NCBI GenBank assembly: GCA_002104945.1
Contig: MCFH01000042.1
Span: forward strand, 186,001 to 250,000
DNA: 64,000 nt
Source of the DNA: Piromyces finnis finn
Taxonomy: Eukaryota; Fungi; Neocallimastigomycota
Direction: 5' to 3'
A model generated the notes under the pieces. The model was not told the origin of the DNA. It saw nothing but the letters and a program-made list of their open reading frames with translations, and ran no database searches. This document shows positions 60,184-64,000 of the stretch, piece by piece (positions within the stretch are counted from its first letter, which is position 1; every line of letters begins with the position of its first letter). A program made the position numbers and the translations under genes.

Positions 60184-60254
60184 TGCGTTAACCGGGAATC
60201 GAACCCGGGCCATTTGCTTGGAAGGCAAATATTCTACCTCTATACTATTAACGC
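60184..60254 (-). tRNA. tRNA-Gly(UCC)
   Basis: GCGTTAA/TTAACGC acceptor; TTTGC-CT-TCC-AA-GCAAA anticodon arm; GGTTCGATTCC B box. Confidence 0.95.
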
Positions 60255-60683
60255 ATCATTTAATTATACTTTTATCTCTCTTATATATAAAACTTATCAT
60301 AAATTACTAATATAAAAATTCCAAATCATTTATTTAACTTTATATTTAGATTATAAATGCAATCATAAAAATATCAATATAATTAATTCCAAAATAATAA
60401 TAATAATAATAATAAAAACACAAATTATAAATATACAAAACATATCAATTATTTTTAATTTATTTTATTTGTTTATTATTTTATTTGTTTCTTTTAATTG
60501 TTTTATTTTTACATTTATGCATTACTTTTTTCTTCCCTTGTTATATTTTCTATTTATTTATATTATTTTTTATATTTTTAATCTACCAAATTATTTTGAT
60601 AGTGAAATTTTGCAATTTTTGGCAATTAAAATATTATAAACAGTAAAATTTGCTGTTTATTTAATTAATATACATTAATTAAT

Positions 60684-62194
<1,511 letters not shown>

Positions 62195-64000
62195 TTATAT
62201 TTATAATAATATAAATAAAAATTGTGAAGAACTAAAAATTGAGCAGTTTTCTTTCTTATTATATAGTTTGTCTTTTTTGCATTAACCAATAAAAATTGCT
62301 TATATTATTTTTTATTAATATATAAGTACAAATTAAAATGTATCAAAAATAATGATTTTAATATATTATATATTGTATTTGTATTATTTTCTATAATATA
62401 TTATTTATTTTTTTATTTATTTATTTAATTTATATTATGTATAATTCTACTAAAAGATTATAATAATATTATTATTATTTTATTTCTTTACTATAAATTA
62501 TTAAGAATCAGATAAATCCAAATATTCTCATTGGGCAAGCCACTCAAATTTCATTCGATTAGCTTCCATGGAATATAATCTTAATATAAAAAATTTTTTT
62601 TTTAAAATGAATAAAAATTTAAATAGTATAATATATTAAATTTATTTTTAAATATATTAAAATATAATTGTAAATACAATTAGTTTCTACATTAATCATA
62701 AAAATTACAATTACATATAGACAAGTATTACATTAATTTAAAAAAAAAATATTTCAAGATAATAATATATATAATACTTTTTGAAAAAAATGACTAATTC
62801 ATACATAATAAGTATTTATTATATAATAACTAATAGTTTAATTATGCACTGTTTTTACTTTTATATTAAAGAAACATTAAATTTATTAATAAAAAGTTCT
62901 TTGCTTTATAAAAAAAAATTATTTATATCATTACTATCTTTTCTAACTATTATTTATCAATTTAATACTTTACTTTTGAAATATAACAATTTAATTATCA
63001 TATTATATAAAAATTAGCTCAAACCAGTCCTTATAAAAAAAAACATTAATATTTATATTTAAAATAATAATTATATATATAAATATTATAATATATAATA
63101 TATTTATATATAATATTTAATATAAAAAAACATAGATATAAAAAATTTATTGGTCATGTGATATTATGTAATAAATAGAATTAATTAAAGAATCTAACGC
63201 ACTAAATATAAAAATTTAATGAGATGTAACACTCAATCTTATAATAATAAAATGTATATTATAAATACAGAAATAGCTTTTTTTTTATATATTAATAACA
63301 TATAATGATAAAGTATTTTATGTATTTTATGTATTTTATAATTTTATTTGCATTTTTATATTATTATACTTTATAATAAAATAAAATATTTTTAATAAAA
63401 ATATTTTTTTATTCACATATTTAAATATAAATTTTATATTAGTATTCTTAGTGTAAGTTGTTAATAGTATATTTAAAGTTTACTGATCAAAATTTTTTAA
63501 CCTCTATCTCAATATTATGTGACATTAATATATCAGTTGACTTTATTCTTTAAATCTATTTAAACTTATATATTAACCTAATCTTTTTCAAGTTTTATAT
63601 TTTTCAAACAAAAGTGTCTTCTAAATATTTATTATATTTATTATTATATCAATAATGAATAATATAATAATTTTTAACTTTATTTGTATTTAAAAAATGT
63701 TTCAATTTTAATCTTTTATTAGCTTATTTTCTCAATAATGATAGTGTATTAGTTCATTAATTTAAAATAATTTTATAACTTTATATAAAAAAATAAAGAT
63801 TTATATGTTTTTATAATACTTGCTAATTTTTAAGCATTTATTATTAAAAACAAAAAATAAATAAAGAAATAGTTATACATTTATAAAATAAATATTTGTT
63901 TTTTTATTCCTGTTGTTTACTTTTTTAAAAGAAATATACAAATAAAATTATACTGAACATTATCTTTCCGACAGATTAAGTTACACGAATAATAAAAAAC

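Noticed and set aside
60107-60310. 67-aa plus-strand ORF (MPIDGIEPPTF...)
   Set aside because: It is the antisense of the tRNA-Thr and tRNA-Gly genes.

Overview
Extremely AT-rich eukaryotic DNA, most likely from an anaerobic gut fungus (Neocallimastigomycota). This is inferred from base composition and the enolase sequence. About 85% of the window is a nested retrotransposon block that can be resolved to the base using TG...CA termini and target-site duplications (TSDs). One minus-strand Ty3/gypsy element (E, <1-32713) is split in pol by a ~2-kb non-coding insert (Y, 4089-30485). Inside Y, six LTR insertions (A1, X1, X2, C, Z, D) all map to a ~20-bp original target just upstream of a degenerate tRNA-Gln-like Pol III promoter. 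A second stack (H1, F, H2) repeats the same TAAAA target four times, 59 bp upstream of an intact tRNA-Ala(UGC) gene. Two tandem LINE copies sit ~90 bp downstream of a tRNA-Gly/tRNA-Thr pair that borders the only clear host gene, enolase (one intron). Two LTR lineages are present. One is tRNA-Ala-primed, with 4-bp TSDs, a UUUAAAY+hairpin -1 frameshift cassette and an atypical D-S/T-C protease motif. The other is Tf1/sushi-like and self-priming, with 5-bp TSDs. The best candidate for an undescribed system is tRNA/Pol III-anchored, multi-family stacked retrotransposon integration in gut fungi, possibly including a mobile tRNA-derived landing pad. This is an inference from junction sequences; no database search was run.
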